A DNA stretch of 64,000 bases from Lama guanicoe (GCA_013239625.1 MU053482.1:3991922-4055921); one strand, 5' to 3'. Counted from the first letter of the stretch, positions 49,606 to 62,100 are shown. Notes: generated by a model not told the origin, from the sequence alone. Program-made: numbers and translations.

Positions 49606-50584
49606 AAGTTACCACTGATTTTATATATTTGGCCTTAGTCAAGCCAGGAAGGACAGCTGCTGGTCAGTAGGCTTGTTTCTGTGGACAGCAGGTAAGGGGA
49701 TCATTGCTCACCCTCTGGCAGCAGAGCCTGAACCCAAGTGTCTGGGTGTGGCAGGAGAGGATTGATGCCCACCCCTGTGAGCGTGACGCCCAAGGGGTCA
49801 TTCCAACTGTCTGCCTCAAGGACTCAAGGACACAGTTGTGTGGTGGTGTCTTCCAACCCTCTGTACTTTGCAATAAAGTGTGCTTCTCGAAGTTGCATCA
49901 AGCTTCACATCTCCCTTATCCGTTCTCCCCTTATCTCTAATCACCAGCTACCCTGTAGAACAAAAAATATATGGAGTCCTGTAAGGGTGGGTAATGATAT
50001 CCTTACTCACCAATTTGAAGCCATCTCTTTAGAGTTAAATTTTAATGCTGTGCTCACAATGGAGGCAAATGGACAAACTCTAGCAAGAAACAGAGCCACA
50101 AGCAGTCTAGGCTTCTGACTGATGGCCTCCCAGGGACAGGACTGTCTGACAGCTAATTGCATTTTTTAACTATGCTGCTTTAGACCAAGTTAAAGTACAA
50201 TTCCTGGAAGTCTGACACAGACTGTCAGAGTAGCAGGTCATCTTGCTGGAGCTCTCCCTTGGTCATTGGAAGGAGTTCAGCATAGGAACAGTCAGGAGCC
50301 CCAGCATCCTTAGTGTTCCCCAGGCTTCCAATTAGTTTGCCCTTGGAGTTGGGGTGGGAGTCAGCCCAAGGTAAGCCTATAAAAGACAGCTTTTATGTGG
50401 CCCAAGGTGGAAATACAGAGCACTGGACTCCAGGGAAGGGTTCAAGGACTGGTGTCTGTGGCTAACTTATAATGATAATAATGATAATCATAACAACAAT
50501 AGATACCATTGTTGAGCTCCTGTGGATCAAAATCCTCTTACGCAATACTTGTCAGCATCACCTTTCTCTTGTTACAGCTGCTAT

Positions 50585-50900
50585 TGTGATGACCAGTCCC
50601 ACATGAGATTTGATCAGTTTCTCTTGGGTACAGCCTGACAGTTTCTCACCTCAGGTATGCACATGTGTCAGTTGCCGCCTATCCTGGGTCTGCCCTGTTG
50701 ATGCCACTGTAAAACCTCATTCTGTACCCACACAAGCGCAAGGGCGTGAGTGTCCCATACAGCTGAATGTTGACTAGTGGGAGACAGAAGCCACTGGAGA
50801 CATTCTCCTTTCTGTCTTTCCCTGGTTGGATGGTCTTGAGACACAGCTTGCATGGCCCAAGAACTCTCAGAAATGCCACTATGATTAAGCATTATGGGAT
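50585..50900 (+). mobile_element. ERVL LTR fragment (LTR40/41/50-like)
   Basis: ttgactagtgggagacagaagccactggagacattctcctttct...ggatggtcttgagacacag resembles the core of the LTR33/40/41 group. Confidence 0.5.
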
Positions 50901-51761
50901 GGCTTCTATTAGTTATAGCCAGAATCTGGTGGCTACAGGGTCCTTAGGTTGGAGGATTTCTTGGCATGGGTGGTGGGGTGCTAGTCCCCAGAGCACAGTC
51001 TCTTTAGGACAAGAGGGTCCCATCAAGTATTGAAGGCATTAGTTTCAATTGTGAAGATGGGCTGGATTGGGTTAAGCTGGAATCAGATAGAGGTAATTTG
51101 CATCAAGAGCAAAAAGGCTCTAACCTACATTCTTGACTTTCTGAGGATATTGGTTGGCTATTTACTGTCACAAATGTGGAATAGATCGAATGCTACCTTT
51201 TTGCTCTGGACTGCACCCGTATCTGCTAGTCCGTAGCTGCTTGAGTTTTCTGGACCAAGGGCTAATGGAACTTCAGGTCTGAGAATGGGTATTTTGGGAT
51301 GATTTTACATCAGCACTTGAGCCAAAGCTCCCACACAGCCTCTGAAACTCCAGACAAAATGAAATCAGGACAGACCTCAGGTGTGATAACCTCCGTCTCC
51401 ACCATGACTTTGATGCTGAGCCTGGAATTCATTAATTCGTCATTCATGTTTGAAGGAGTGCTAGAGGCTAACACACGGAGGAAAAACGGGATGATCTAAT
51501 CTAGGGCTTTTCCTGCCTGTGCTAATGGCAGGTCCCTCTTCTGCTGGATATAACTAGCAATGATTTTACCCAGTGGTCACAAATGGGGTGTGGCAAAACC
51601 AGTGCTAGTGTGGGAACATAGGAAAATTATATTCCACGATTTCCTTTGCAGTTGCATGTGTCCTCAGACTGGGTTCTAACTAATGGGAATGTATGATATA
51701 TACCACTTTCAGTCCTGTCCATAAAACTCCATCTACATCCACCCACTCTTTCTTTCCCCTT

Positions 51762-51936
51762 CTACCCAGCTGGAAGCAAAGGACTCCAGCTGGGTGGAGT
51801 CCATGATGAAAAGCGTTTGATCCACGACACTGCTTGGAGGTAGAGGCGCCCAGGGGAGGCACTTGTCCCATGCCAAACTGTGTTAAGCTGCTGAGATCTG
51901 GGATCCAGTTTGTTACTGGAGCTTAGCTCACCAATG
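51762..51936 (-). CDS. Candidate exon of an unidentified minus-strand gene or pseudogene (IGELSSSNKLDPRSQQLNTVW...)
   Basis: Good acceptor tgtccccctgctttgttAG (AG at 51938-51937); its phase-2 entry matches the upstream donor; frame open to TAG at 51764-51762. Confidence 0.3.
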
Positions 51937-52040
51937 CTAACAAAGCAGGGGGACAATGCCCTGCTAGCCTTCTTGCCCCCAAATCACCACAAGATGGTTG
52001 GGGAGGAGGTATGTCTCCTCTTCTGGTACCCAAGGCTCAC

Positions 52041-52518
52041 CAGTCTTTGCCACACTGGATCATGATGGAGGCATAGGAAGGTTTTACTGATGGGCCAGGT
52101 GGTTTTGGAAGAGCAGTGTCCTGTTGGGGCTGTAGAGTTTGTAACTTACTGTAATCATTTCCCTGTGCGTGCATGGCAGGGTCCTCAGAGGTAGCCTTCA
52201 ATAAGGTCTCCAGATCTCTCTCTTGGTTCCATTCAAGTCCATTGAGTTTTGTCCTCACCCTTGTTTCCTTGCAAGAAAATGAAGCTCCACCCTTCAGATC
52301 CTTTAGGTTTTGTAAACTGGAGTGCTGTAGGCTTTCTTGAGGCTGATACAGTGTGGGTTCCTCTGTGCCTAGGACGGCGGGGTCAGGATGCCTATAGGTG
52401 GTGCCATGATCTCCTTCCACCTCCCCACCCCCAGGGGCTGTGTCTGATTTCACCACAGGCTCATGTGAGAAGCAAACGCATCTCTCCATGGGGAGCTCCG
52501 CTTTTTCTTGGAGACAAC
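52041..52518 (-). CDS. Candidate 478-nt internal exon of an unidentified minus-strand gene or pseudogene (CLQEKAELPMERCVCF...KPSYASIMIQCGKD)
   Basis: Lies in ORF 52037-52576; acceptor ttttctcaaatggatttgtgctAG (52520-52519); donor ctg|GTGAGC (GT at 52040-52039) overlaps the ORF stop; hydrophilic E/Q/K/D/S/P-rich product; no repeat similarity seen. Confidence 0.35.
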
Positions 52519-52849
52519 CTAGCACAAATCCATTTGAGAAAAGGATATTTTTCTTGGTAGGAAGTTTTGGCTTCATTGCTTTACCAAACAGTGACCCCCA
52601 TCATTAATATGTGGGGCATTTGGCTCTTGTCTGGGCCTGGATTCACTCACAAAGGCCAGCAACTGAGTGACAAATTACTCACTCTTTGCCACTCAAAAGT
52701 GACAGCCCGTCCTGTGGGGAAGGATGATTCTCAAATTATTCAGTCTGTTGGGGATTCCCAAGTTATTTTCATACTTTTCCCAACATCCTATGTATACATA
52801 CACCCCCTGCCCCCCCCCAAAAGGTGAATAATTCTATTCCCAAGCAGAG

Positions 52850-53262
52850 CACACCAGGCACCTTCCCACCTCAGGACCTTTGCACGTGCTGCTTACTCTG
52901 ACTAAAACACTCTTCCCCTAGATCTCTGCCTGGCTTCCTTCCTTCTTTTCTTCAGGTTGTTGCTCAGATGTCATCATCTCCGGGAGGTGTTCCTTGACCA
53001 TCCTATAGAATTGCATTACCTCGCCACCCCAACATCCTTATCTCCTTTCTCTGTCTTATATAACTTCACAGCACTTACAACCTTCTGTCATGCTATGTAT
53101 TTTACTTATTTGTTAGTTTATTGTCTGTTTCCCTTAAACAACATAAAAGCTCCAAGAAAACAGGGCTTTCATCTATGTTGTTTCCCACTCCATCCCCTGC
53201 GTCTAAAACAGGGCCTGGAATATAGCAAATGCTCAACAGATACTTGTTGAATGAATTAATGA
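52850..53262 (+). mobile_element. L2a 3' end
   Basis: cccacctcaggacctttgcacgtgctg...ctcagatgtcatc...gcctggaatatagcaaatgctcaacagatacttgttgaatgaattaatga. Confidence 0.88.
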
Positions 53263-53844
53263 TCCCCTTTTACAGAAAAAGAAGCAAAGTCTCAGAGCGG
53301 GTGATTAGGTTCAGAGTTAGCAAATGTCAGGAAAGATTTCAAAGCCAGGAATTTCCGCTTCAAAGCATGTTTATTTTCTGCTCTGACATCAGATTTTAAG
53401 CACATGCGATGTGCCCTGGGGCTGCTACAGGGGACCCTGCATCCTGGAGGAGAATATCCCAGGCTCTGCCCAGGCACTGAAGGACTGACTGCTCCTGGGG
53501 CTGCGCACACTCTGTTTGTGGAGCTTCTGGTCTTCCCGTGGAGGCACTTAACTTCATCAACAGCATCTGAGGTCTTCAAAATTTCTTCCCCTCTCTGTGG
53601 TTCAAATACCTTGAGCCCCGCTACCTGCAGATATTGCCTTTGAGGTTTTCAAGTCATGCTGAAATCCCATCCTGCTTGACAGGACTCAGGTTGCGTGTTC
53701 TGCGACCCCATTGGCAGCCACATGCTTCTCATCAACGTGCCGTCTGTGACCTCCTTTCTAAGGCAGCTCTCTCGGACCAGGTGACTTGTGATTAGCTGCT
53801 CAGGGTTTGAACTGCCACATTCACCTCACTTGGTGCCATAAAGT

Positions 53845-54008
53845 TTTCCACGGGGGGTCAGATCTTGCCTTAAATCAATGGGGGCTTTAAATTATCCTGA
53901 TACCTGCGTCCAACCCCCAGAGATTTTGATTCAATTGGTCTGGGCATCATGACTTTTAAAATCTCCCCAGGCAATTCTACACGTGCAGCCAAGGCAGGGA
54001 ATGCTGCC
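53845..54008. mobile_element. MER5-family MITE
   Basis: ccccagagattttgattcaattggtctggg...aaaatctccccaggcaattct...gtgcagccaagg. Confidence 0.75.
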
Positions 54009-56544
54009 TAGATTTGCCTCTTTCTGAGAAGAGGTGTGAAGAATACAAGGAGACCAACTGCAGAAGCATTTCTGAAACCGTCACTTCTCATTCTCAAATT
54101 CTCCTGTGTGTCCTCATCTGACATCCCACTAGGACCTGGAGGCCTTGTCCTCCTTGGAGTCACTGCAGAATTCTGATATTTCTGTTTTCTAGCTGCCTTT
54201 CTTACTACAAGCAATAGCAGCTCTGGTGAATATGCGGTTCTTCCCACTGACCATGTGTACCTCAGTTTTCTCATCAGTAAAATAGGCATAATACTAATAG
54301 CACTGACATTATGGGTTTAAATGGGCTAATACATTTAATTTAGTAGCTAATCCAAATGCCCCACATATTAATGTCGGGGTCACTGGTGACTGCCCGCAGG
54401 CATGTTTGGATTAACTACCATTGTTGTTATTAAGCATCTTCCTTATAAAATGCCTTCTCCAAAGTCCATTGTTACTGTAACTGGTAGCAGCTCCAACATA
54501 ACTTATCACCTAGATCTTGCATGATTCTTCAAGGGCCTTTGGCTTTGCCATGTCTCTGGCATGCTCCAAAGGTGTTACAAAGAAAGTCTCATCCTATTCC
54601 TCTTTAAAACTGAATGGCATGATCTCAAATTTGGGGTTTCTTTGCTGAGAATTTCCTGCTTGGGCACCAGCCAATCTCATCTGCTCCTGGACTGGCGTTC
54701 CTGGCCGAGGACCATAGTGGTATCTATTCCTAGGGTGGCTGTGTTACACCTGCCCCATGCAGGACTCCCAGGCCAGCTCTGTGGCCCAGCTGTGCACCTC
54801 TAGGAAGGACTCTGGACCATGTCTGTACTGGCCCAACACTCAGTTCTTTCCTCTCCTTGCTACAGGCCCAGAAGTGGCTGTGGACAGGTGCTGCCCAGCC
54901 CAGGGAAGTGGCCATGAGGGAGGGCAGCAGGAAACTGAGTGGAGGAGCCCAGCATTGGAAGAGCCCAGGGACTGTGGGCTGGCATGGCCAAACTGGTCCA
55001 GTCATGCAGACGAAGATCTCCTGGAACTGGACTTGGGAAATTAGGTGTGAGGGCCTAGGGTGCTGGACCCAGACCAAGGTGCAAGCGTCCACATCTGCCC
55101 ATGGCCTGAAGTGGGTGAAACAAGGACGCCCACCTAGGGGAGAGACTACAACCAAAGCGACGCAGATAACCCAATATTTGTCCCCAGTCTGGCAAGAATG
55201 GCCGAGTGACCTGTGTCTGTGGACTAGACAGACTAGGTGATACGGACCCTGCCTTGGCCTTCTGAAACTGTCAGCCCAGGGTGGGGGCAGACCAGAAAAC
55301 AAGGGCAGCACGTATTGTGATCAGTTTCATGCCAGGACATATAGTGGCTGTGGGCACAAGTCACAGGAGACCCAGCTTCATATGGGACTCCTAGTGGCAG
55401 CCACTTCCTTCGACTGTGGCCACAAGCGTTTGTTTCCTTACCCCATTCTGCTCAGATGGAGACTGAGGACATCATACTTGTCTTGTGCTGGGCCTCAAGT
55501 GACCATCCTGGCCTGCCACCCGAGAGGAGAAATTAAGCCATCTTGTTTACCACCATGTCTCTAGAGCACAGGAAGGTACATAGCCTTAACAGATGCTTTA
55601 TAATTATTTGTTGAGTAAATGGATGAATGCATGAAATGATGACTGAATCCCAACATAGCACCATGTTGGGGAATCCAGGTCAGTGGTGCCCAGGAGTCCA
55701 CATGGCAGGTAGCTGGCAGGTAGCAGGGCACCATGTTGTCAACATGGTAAGCCCAGGCCTCAGCGATCACAATCCCTCGGATGGGAGGTGGCATCAGGGA
55801 CCAAGATGGGTACATGGTGGGCCTAAAGAGTCTTTGTGAGTCACGGCCCAGGACCTGGGCAGGTTTGGGCCTGTGGGTGGGAAATCAGTGGGCCCAGCAG
55901 CTGGGAACGGCTGCCAATGGAGTCAGGGCTGCCATGGTAATGAAAAAGACATATGGTCCATTCAAGAGAGAGTTAGTTAGTGAATAAATTGCTCTGGAAG
56001 TGGAATATTTCTGAGGTGGATGCAGAATCCACAGGCTCTAACTGTAGATCACGTCGTGTTTTCAAACACATTTCTCTGTGTCGACAATTTCACTTATTCT
56101 GCAGATTGTGCCTGATTCAAGAGCCATAATTCCTGCCAATGAACTGGAGCTGTGTCATCTGGGTTCCCAAATTGGGTTTGAGTATTGTAGCTAAACAGCT
56201 ATCTCTTCATTTAGGGGAGCTGCCATTTGAAGATGCACCATCAGCACAGCCAAGGTGACAGACCAGAACCCCCCCGGTCTGGCGGGTCTCCCCTAAGCAG
56301 AGCTGACCCCATACCTGGCAGACCCTGTCTGCACCTAGTGATGGTATCATCCCATGTGTGGCCTCCTGCTTTGGGGACAGGTGGGTGCCTGAGGTAGCTG
56401 GTGTGGGGGCAGATGGAGAGAGTTCAGAAATTGAGGGTCATGTCTAGTACTTGAGACAGCTGCCTCCCAGGTTACCCAGTGGGGACCAGTGCTGGGGTAG
56501 GGAAACCTGAACTGTAATTGATAGACAAAGAACAAGGGCAGTGG

Positions 56545-56898
56545 ATGGAATACTGTAACAAATGTGGTAGATATTCAGCCACATCAGTAATCACTTTGAA
56601 TGTCAGTGATCTGAAGGCACCAACTGGAAGACCGTCAAACTGGATCAAAAAACAAGGCCCAAGAAACCACTAAATATAAAGACACATAGATTAAAAGTAA
56701 ATGATTAGAGAAAGATATACCACGCTAACACCAATGAAAAGAAAGCAGAAATGGCTATATTAATTTCATACTGAATGACTTGAGACCAAGGAAAGTTATC
56801 AGGGATAGAGAGGAACATTACATAATGATAAAGATGTCAATTCTCCAAGAAGATTAACAATCCTTAATATGTGTGCTCTGAAAAAAAGTATCAAAAGC
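56545..56898 (+). mobile_element. Old L1 fragment covering the start of ORF2 (endonuclease domain), decayed
   Basis: atcagtaatcactttgaatgtcagtgatctgaaggcacca...gaaagatataccacgctaacacc...gaggaacattacataatgataaag...tcaattctccaagaaga. Confidence 0.85.
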
Positions 56899-58184
56899 AT
56901 TGCCACCAAGTTGTACATACCCTCCTCTTATAATTTCTTTGATCTGTGCTTTAAACTACTATGCATGCTATTATCCCCCTGAAACTGCAAGAGAATTTAG
57001 CCTGACTCAGAGCTGTCAAAGGTCCGACCGAGATGGAGCTTTTCAGACTTGGGTATAAACAAGGGATTTATACAAGGAATTAAGGCATGAAACTTGGACT
57101 TGTCATAAAGGGAGGATTGCTTTGCAATGTGCAGGGTTGAGAAAGTCAACAAGAGGTAAGACCTGAATGCTCTTGCTGATAGATCAGGAGAGGACTGGGG
57201 AGAACAGGTAAAAGATGGTTCAGACAAGCTAGAGGTCAAATCTGTTTCCCCTGCCTCCTCCAAAGAAGTACTGAGGCCAGGTCTCAGGGGTGAGCTGGGC
57301 AAGGGCCATCTCCACTGGGAGAGAAGGGGTTAATAAGAACATCTCCAACAAAGGCTCCTGACATTTGAGCTGGTTTTATTATAGCCCTTTCTCCCATATA
57401 GACCAGCCTGGGAGATGAAAAATTATGTAAGTGTCAGCTCAAACACGTTTAGTTCTTCCTGAAATGGCAGTTCTCAGCATGTCACAGAGACACTGGTTAA
57501 CTCAGTGGGGTAACAGATGGGGCATATGAGCTCAAAGTTATGGCTAAAATTTTATGAAGATCCATCAGCTTCATATGAGCAAACCACAGTTATTGTTGGT
57601 CTATTTTGATGAGTCATTCATACATACATAAATACCTTTTTTACTTTAGATAATTAACCCTTGAGACAGAACCTGTATTGTATTTCCCCTCCTTAGCCTG
57701 CTTATGTTGAATGCTTGGCAACCTCTTAAAGAGACTAAGGGCCCCTCAGAGCAAACTAGCGCTAACTGACCTTTGAGCACGGGGCGACAAAGGGACAAAG
57801 GTTCCCGTGCTCTGTTGCAAAGCAGGAAAGAGCATCTCTCCTCTTCCTGTGCTGAGCGATGTTAGCAGCCACCCTGAAGAGAGCAAGTGGTGGAGTTAGA
57901 AGCTTCCAGCCTTACTTCCAGGCTTCCTTGTTCCATCTCACCCACCCCTCCACAGGGGTGCCCCCCAGGGCTTACGGTAGAGCTGAGCCAGGAGACAGTT
58001 CTGACGGGCAGACACCGGGCTGTCCTCAGAACTGCCCCATGTCCTGCTGACCAAGGCTTTCTTACTGGATCTTAGGTGCTTGGATTCCTCTTCCCTTAGG
58101 ATGGGTTTTCTCCCAGGAAGCTCCTCAGCTTTTCTTGTAAACAGCCTTTTGTGTGCCTGACCCACCAATCCAATAGACTGAACC

Positions 58185-58660
58185 GTAGGAGTAATGGCAG
58201 TTAATGTTTATTGCGTACTTACTATATTCCAGGTACTGTGTTAAGCACTTTGCATACTTTAATTGATTCAATTCTCAAAATAACCTCATCAGTCAAGATT
58301 CTTCCAATTGCCAGTTACAGAAACTCCAGCTAAACCAGCTTAAACACACAAGGCCATTCATTGACTTAAATAACTGAAAAGTCCAGTCACAAACACAAGC
58401 CAAAATTAAACAGACAAAATAGGGACAAGGTTACCTCTGGGTGCATCTTGGATCCTTTTTCTTTTCCTCTTTCAGTTCTATGTTATGCGTTTGTTTACAC
58501 TAGACACCTACTATTTTTGTAATCAGAGAAACTTTATTTAAAAGGGTCTTAACTAGCATTGCCCCACACTGTTTCTCTATATTATGATCAACTGGGATTC
58601 TAGTTTTCTGGACTATGATCTCCTCAAGGCCAGGGACTTTTCCTTATGTGTCTTTGTAGC
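58185..58660. mobile_element. Mosaic of short old fragments: MIR (-), MLT1 3' end (-), L1ME tail (+), L2 tail (+)
   Basis: tactatattccaggtactgtgttaagcacttt; ttgccagttacagaaactccagctaaaccagcttaaac; ggttacctctggg...ttttgtaatcagagaa; gactatgatctcctcaaggccagggac. Confidence 0.55.
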
Positions 58661-59099
58661 CCTTTCCTTGCCTTTTAAATTTGTGCTCAAGGATATGTGT
58701 AAAGTGGATTGAATTCACGTGTTTCAGAAGGGAAGCTTTTTGCAGTTTCAATTCTTTCAGAGGGCAGATGATAATAAGAAAGTCGTTTACACTTGATCCA
58801 ATACATGATTTCTCAGGACAAACCATGTAACCTCAAATGGAGGTAATAATCCCAGGTCATTGTGAAGCTCAAATGAGTTAGAGCCCTGTGTGAGCTGTAA
58901 AACTCTGTACACCTGGCAGCTGGTAATGACTTGGGTTTATAGAGCCTTCTCATTCCGAGGCCTCTATCCAAGGTGAGTCATGTCTATTTCTAAATTTTCT
59001 AAGAACCGTCATTATCTCTCGATGAAAAGAAATGGTGGCAGAGAGAGAGAGAAGCCAGGAACATCAATTTAGGCCGCAATATTAATCCCCTGCCGTGTG

Positions 59100-59995
59100 C
59101 ACACCTGACACCCACATATCCCACTGTCAGACTGTCAGGTTCTTCTGACGTCTCATTCGACATTGCTTGAGGGCCTTCAGACTCAGAAGGTTTAAGACCG
59201 ACTTCAGGATCTTTCCTCCCGAACCAGCCCATCTGGAAGCATCCTCCATCCAGGGAATATGGTGCCTCTTTCAATCCTCAGTCCTTCTTTTCCTCACACT
59301 CATATTCAAGCCCTGCCAAACTCTGCCTGCTTCACCTGCTACATCTCTGGAAATTCTTCTCCCCATCTTCACAGCCATGACCCAAGTCCCAGCTACCATC
59401 ATTCCTACCTCCTACTTGATCTACCTGGGAAAGGGCTTGCCTTCCTCCAGTTGAACACAACTCTGGTCATGTCACCTGCCTGCTTAGAACTTCTCAGTGG
59501 CTCCCCTCACCCTGAAGATCCAGGCCCCACCATTAACAAAGCTTACAGAGGCCCTCATGGGAGGGTCCCACCTCTTCCACCCTCATCTTTTGCCCCTCCA
59601 TTCTCTCAGCTCCTCCTACACTAGCTGTCTTGCAGGCCCTCTCGCCTGCCTCTCCACCTGCTGGTCCCTGGGATGGAAGGACGTTTATCCATCTTCCAGT
59701 GAATGCTTCTTGACATGCTCAACTCAAATGCCACTTCCTCAGAATCTGTCTCTCATTTCCCTGACTAGTCTAATTTGCCTTTTATATATTGTCAGAAGTC
59801 TGTGTGTCTCCTTCTTGGTACTTACTGCAGTTCAATGTTGCCTATTTGTTTAACCCCATGACTGATATTTGCATTTTTGACCAGCTTGTAAGCTCTATGA
59901 GGGTGGTGACTGGGTCTCTTTCCACTCACGGTTGTATCCCCAGCACATGGCACCCAGCAGATGACTGACACACAGGTGCTGAATGGACACAGGCA
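59100..59995 (+). mobile_element. L2 3' region
   Basis: caagtcccagctaccatc...cctgcttagaacttctcagtggctcccc...tgtaagctctatgagggtggtgactgggtct...tgtatccccagcacatggcacccagcagatg. Confidence 0.8.
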
Positions 59996-60199
59996 CTGAG
60001 CCAGGAAGGATACGAAGACAAATCACGTGATGTCACTGTCCTCAAGATTGTCATAGTCTAGCAGGAGGGACAGCACAGGGAGATGGATGACTTCAAGGGA
60101 TCAGTGGAGACTTTCCAAAGAACTGTTTGATGGGAAGACAATACGTGGAAAGGGGAATAAACAGGCACAGTCACATCAATGTCAAAAAAGCGAACTTAT

Positions 60200-60452
60200 C
60201 TACACACACACACACAGCATGGCTGTGCACAGGTGCACACAAACATGTATATTCAATCATACAGACTTATTCTGTAGCATGTCCCCAAGCATCACTTGGG
60301 GACATTAATAGCACCTTTATGCACATATGCTCCTGCATTCAAGCAAACACCCCACCCCACCCTCACAAACACTTCACAGCTGCCCTCCTGCTCCTGCTTA
60401 TACACACACACATGCACACGCTCGCTCCCACATGCTCACACACGCTCACACA
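60200..60452. repeat. Degenerate CA-rich low-complexity region
   Basis: Several interrupted (CA)n tracts; they explain the HT-rich ORFs at 60087-60637. Confidence 0.75.
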
Positions 60453-61519
60453 GGCAAAGTGGACGTTGGCGTTTTGTTTATGAGAGTGGGAGTCCCAAGG
60501 TTTTAAAGATGAGTTCATGTGTGAGCAGAGTCTCAGGGAGGGGCCACACACATACCCAAATACTAGGTCCCTTTTGCTTTGTGCCTGCACAGCCCAGAGG
60601 GAGCCACAAAAGACAGCCAGGCACTGTCTCACAGTAGTCCACGATCAAGTCCAAGATCAAGTGCCCATTTCACACGGGAGGAAAGGAAGAGGGTCAGATG
60701 GGATCAGTAACTTGCACAAGGTCTCAGAGCTATTCAGTGAGAGTGAAATGGTTCAGATTCATATCCAGTTGAGTACGTGACTCTGCGATCACTTGTGACC
60801 TCCAGAGAGGCGGTGAAGGCCTTTCTGAGCTTGGCCCATTCAGTGGAGTTTGGACACACTACACGTGTTCCATATCCCCAAGCTACCCAAGTTTGAAGCA
60901 GAGGAAAAAATTTCTGCCCCTTCTCTGCCCTTGTCCCTCTTGGTGGTTTTCCATGAACTGTTAACCAGAAAGCCGCGTTCTGAGCCTCCCTGACGGTGTT
61001 TCTCCCACGTGGGCTCTTGGGTCTCCACGGCCACGGGCCCAGAGCCCCAAGCATCCTGCCCTCTGCTCAACCTTCCCCGTGACCCGCCTTCCCTCGGGGC
61101 CCCACCTGCCTGTCTTGCTGTTAACATCGAAGGACAAATGAGGCCCTGTATTTCAAAGTCATCTGGCAGATCTGATTAATTTTGGAAATGAGCAATGTGA
61201 AGATTCATCACAAACTTCCAGGTATGAGCAGCAATAAACAAAACCAGAGCGTGGAGCGCTATTTATTTATTAAATCAGTAAATTGAAGGGAAATGGGCTA
61301 TTTATTTTGCACGATGTCTTCCACAGAAATAATTGGCCCATTAATCACACTCTCACTGTGGTCACGTTTGGAAGGTCAGGCTCACCAGGGAATTGAAACA
61401 GGGGGCAGTGTTTACAGCCCTGGCAGCACGTGGAGTCCCGTGAGGTTGGCTTCCGGGGGCCCTGGCATGTCCTGGGGCAATTCTGTATCCCATGCAGGCA
61501 GCCGGGCGGCAGGTATGCG

Positions 61520-62100
61520 TAGCTGTTAGGGTCACGGACTGGCAGCAGGGGGCCTGAGTTCAAATTCTGGCTACTACCACTTGCTAGCTGTATGACCTTG
61601 GGCAAGCTGTTGAACCTCTCTGACTTGGTTTCTTCACCTATAAAATGATGCTAGTAATGGTACCTACCTTGCAGGGTCCCGTGAGTTTAGGTGAGCTGGC
61701 AAAGCACTACTTCAGGTGGGTCAGGCTCGGTGCTGCTCTAGCTGTTAGGGGTATTTGCTCCTTTGGTCCAGGCAGAGCCTCGGGTGGGGCACCCTGGAAT
61801 CAGTGGAAGTTTGGAGCATCAGGTTACTGTGGGCTTCCCACAGCCCCAGAGGGAAGCAGAACAATGTAGCAGGGGCTAAGAGGGCAGGCTCTGTAGTCAG
61901 TCTCTCTGGGTTGAAGTCCAGCCGCTGTCTCTTACTAGTTACATGTCCTTACAGAATGATTTGACCTCTCTGTGCCTCAGTTTTCTTAACTGTAAAATGG
62001 GGGGTGATAATAGCCCTGCCTGACTGGGTTATAATGAATATGAAATGAGAAAATAAATGGGAAGTCCTTACCTCAGTGCCTGGCCAGAGAAGCAAGCTGC
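61520..62100 (+). mobile_element. Two MIR SINEs (about 61520-61760 and 61860-62100)
   Basis: gagttcaaattctggctactaccacttgctagctgtatgaccttgggcaag; gacctctctgtgcctcagttttcttaactgtaaaatgggg. Confidence 0.88.

Noticed and set aside
49665..50460. Possible LTR remnant or mini-transcript (donor-like cag|GTAAGG at 49692, AATAAA at 49872, TATAAAA near 50378)
   Set aside because: The signals are not in a coherent order and I could not establish termini, a TSD or a family.
54730..55311. 193-aa minus-strand ORF
   Set aside because: W/C/P/G-rich random-like composition, overlapping ORFs on the other strand, and no homology recognised.
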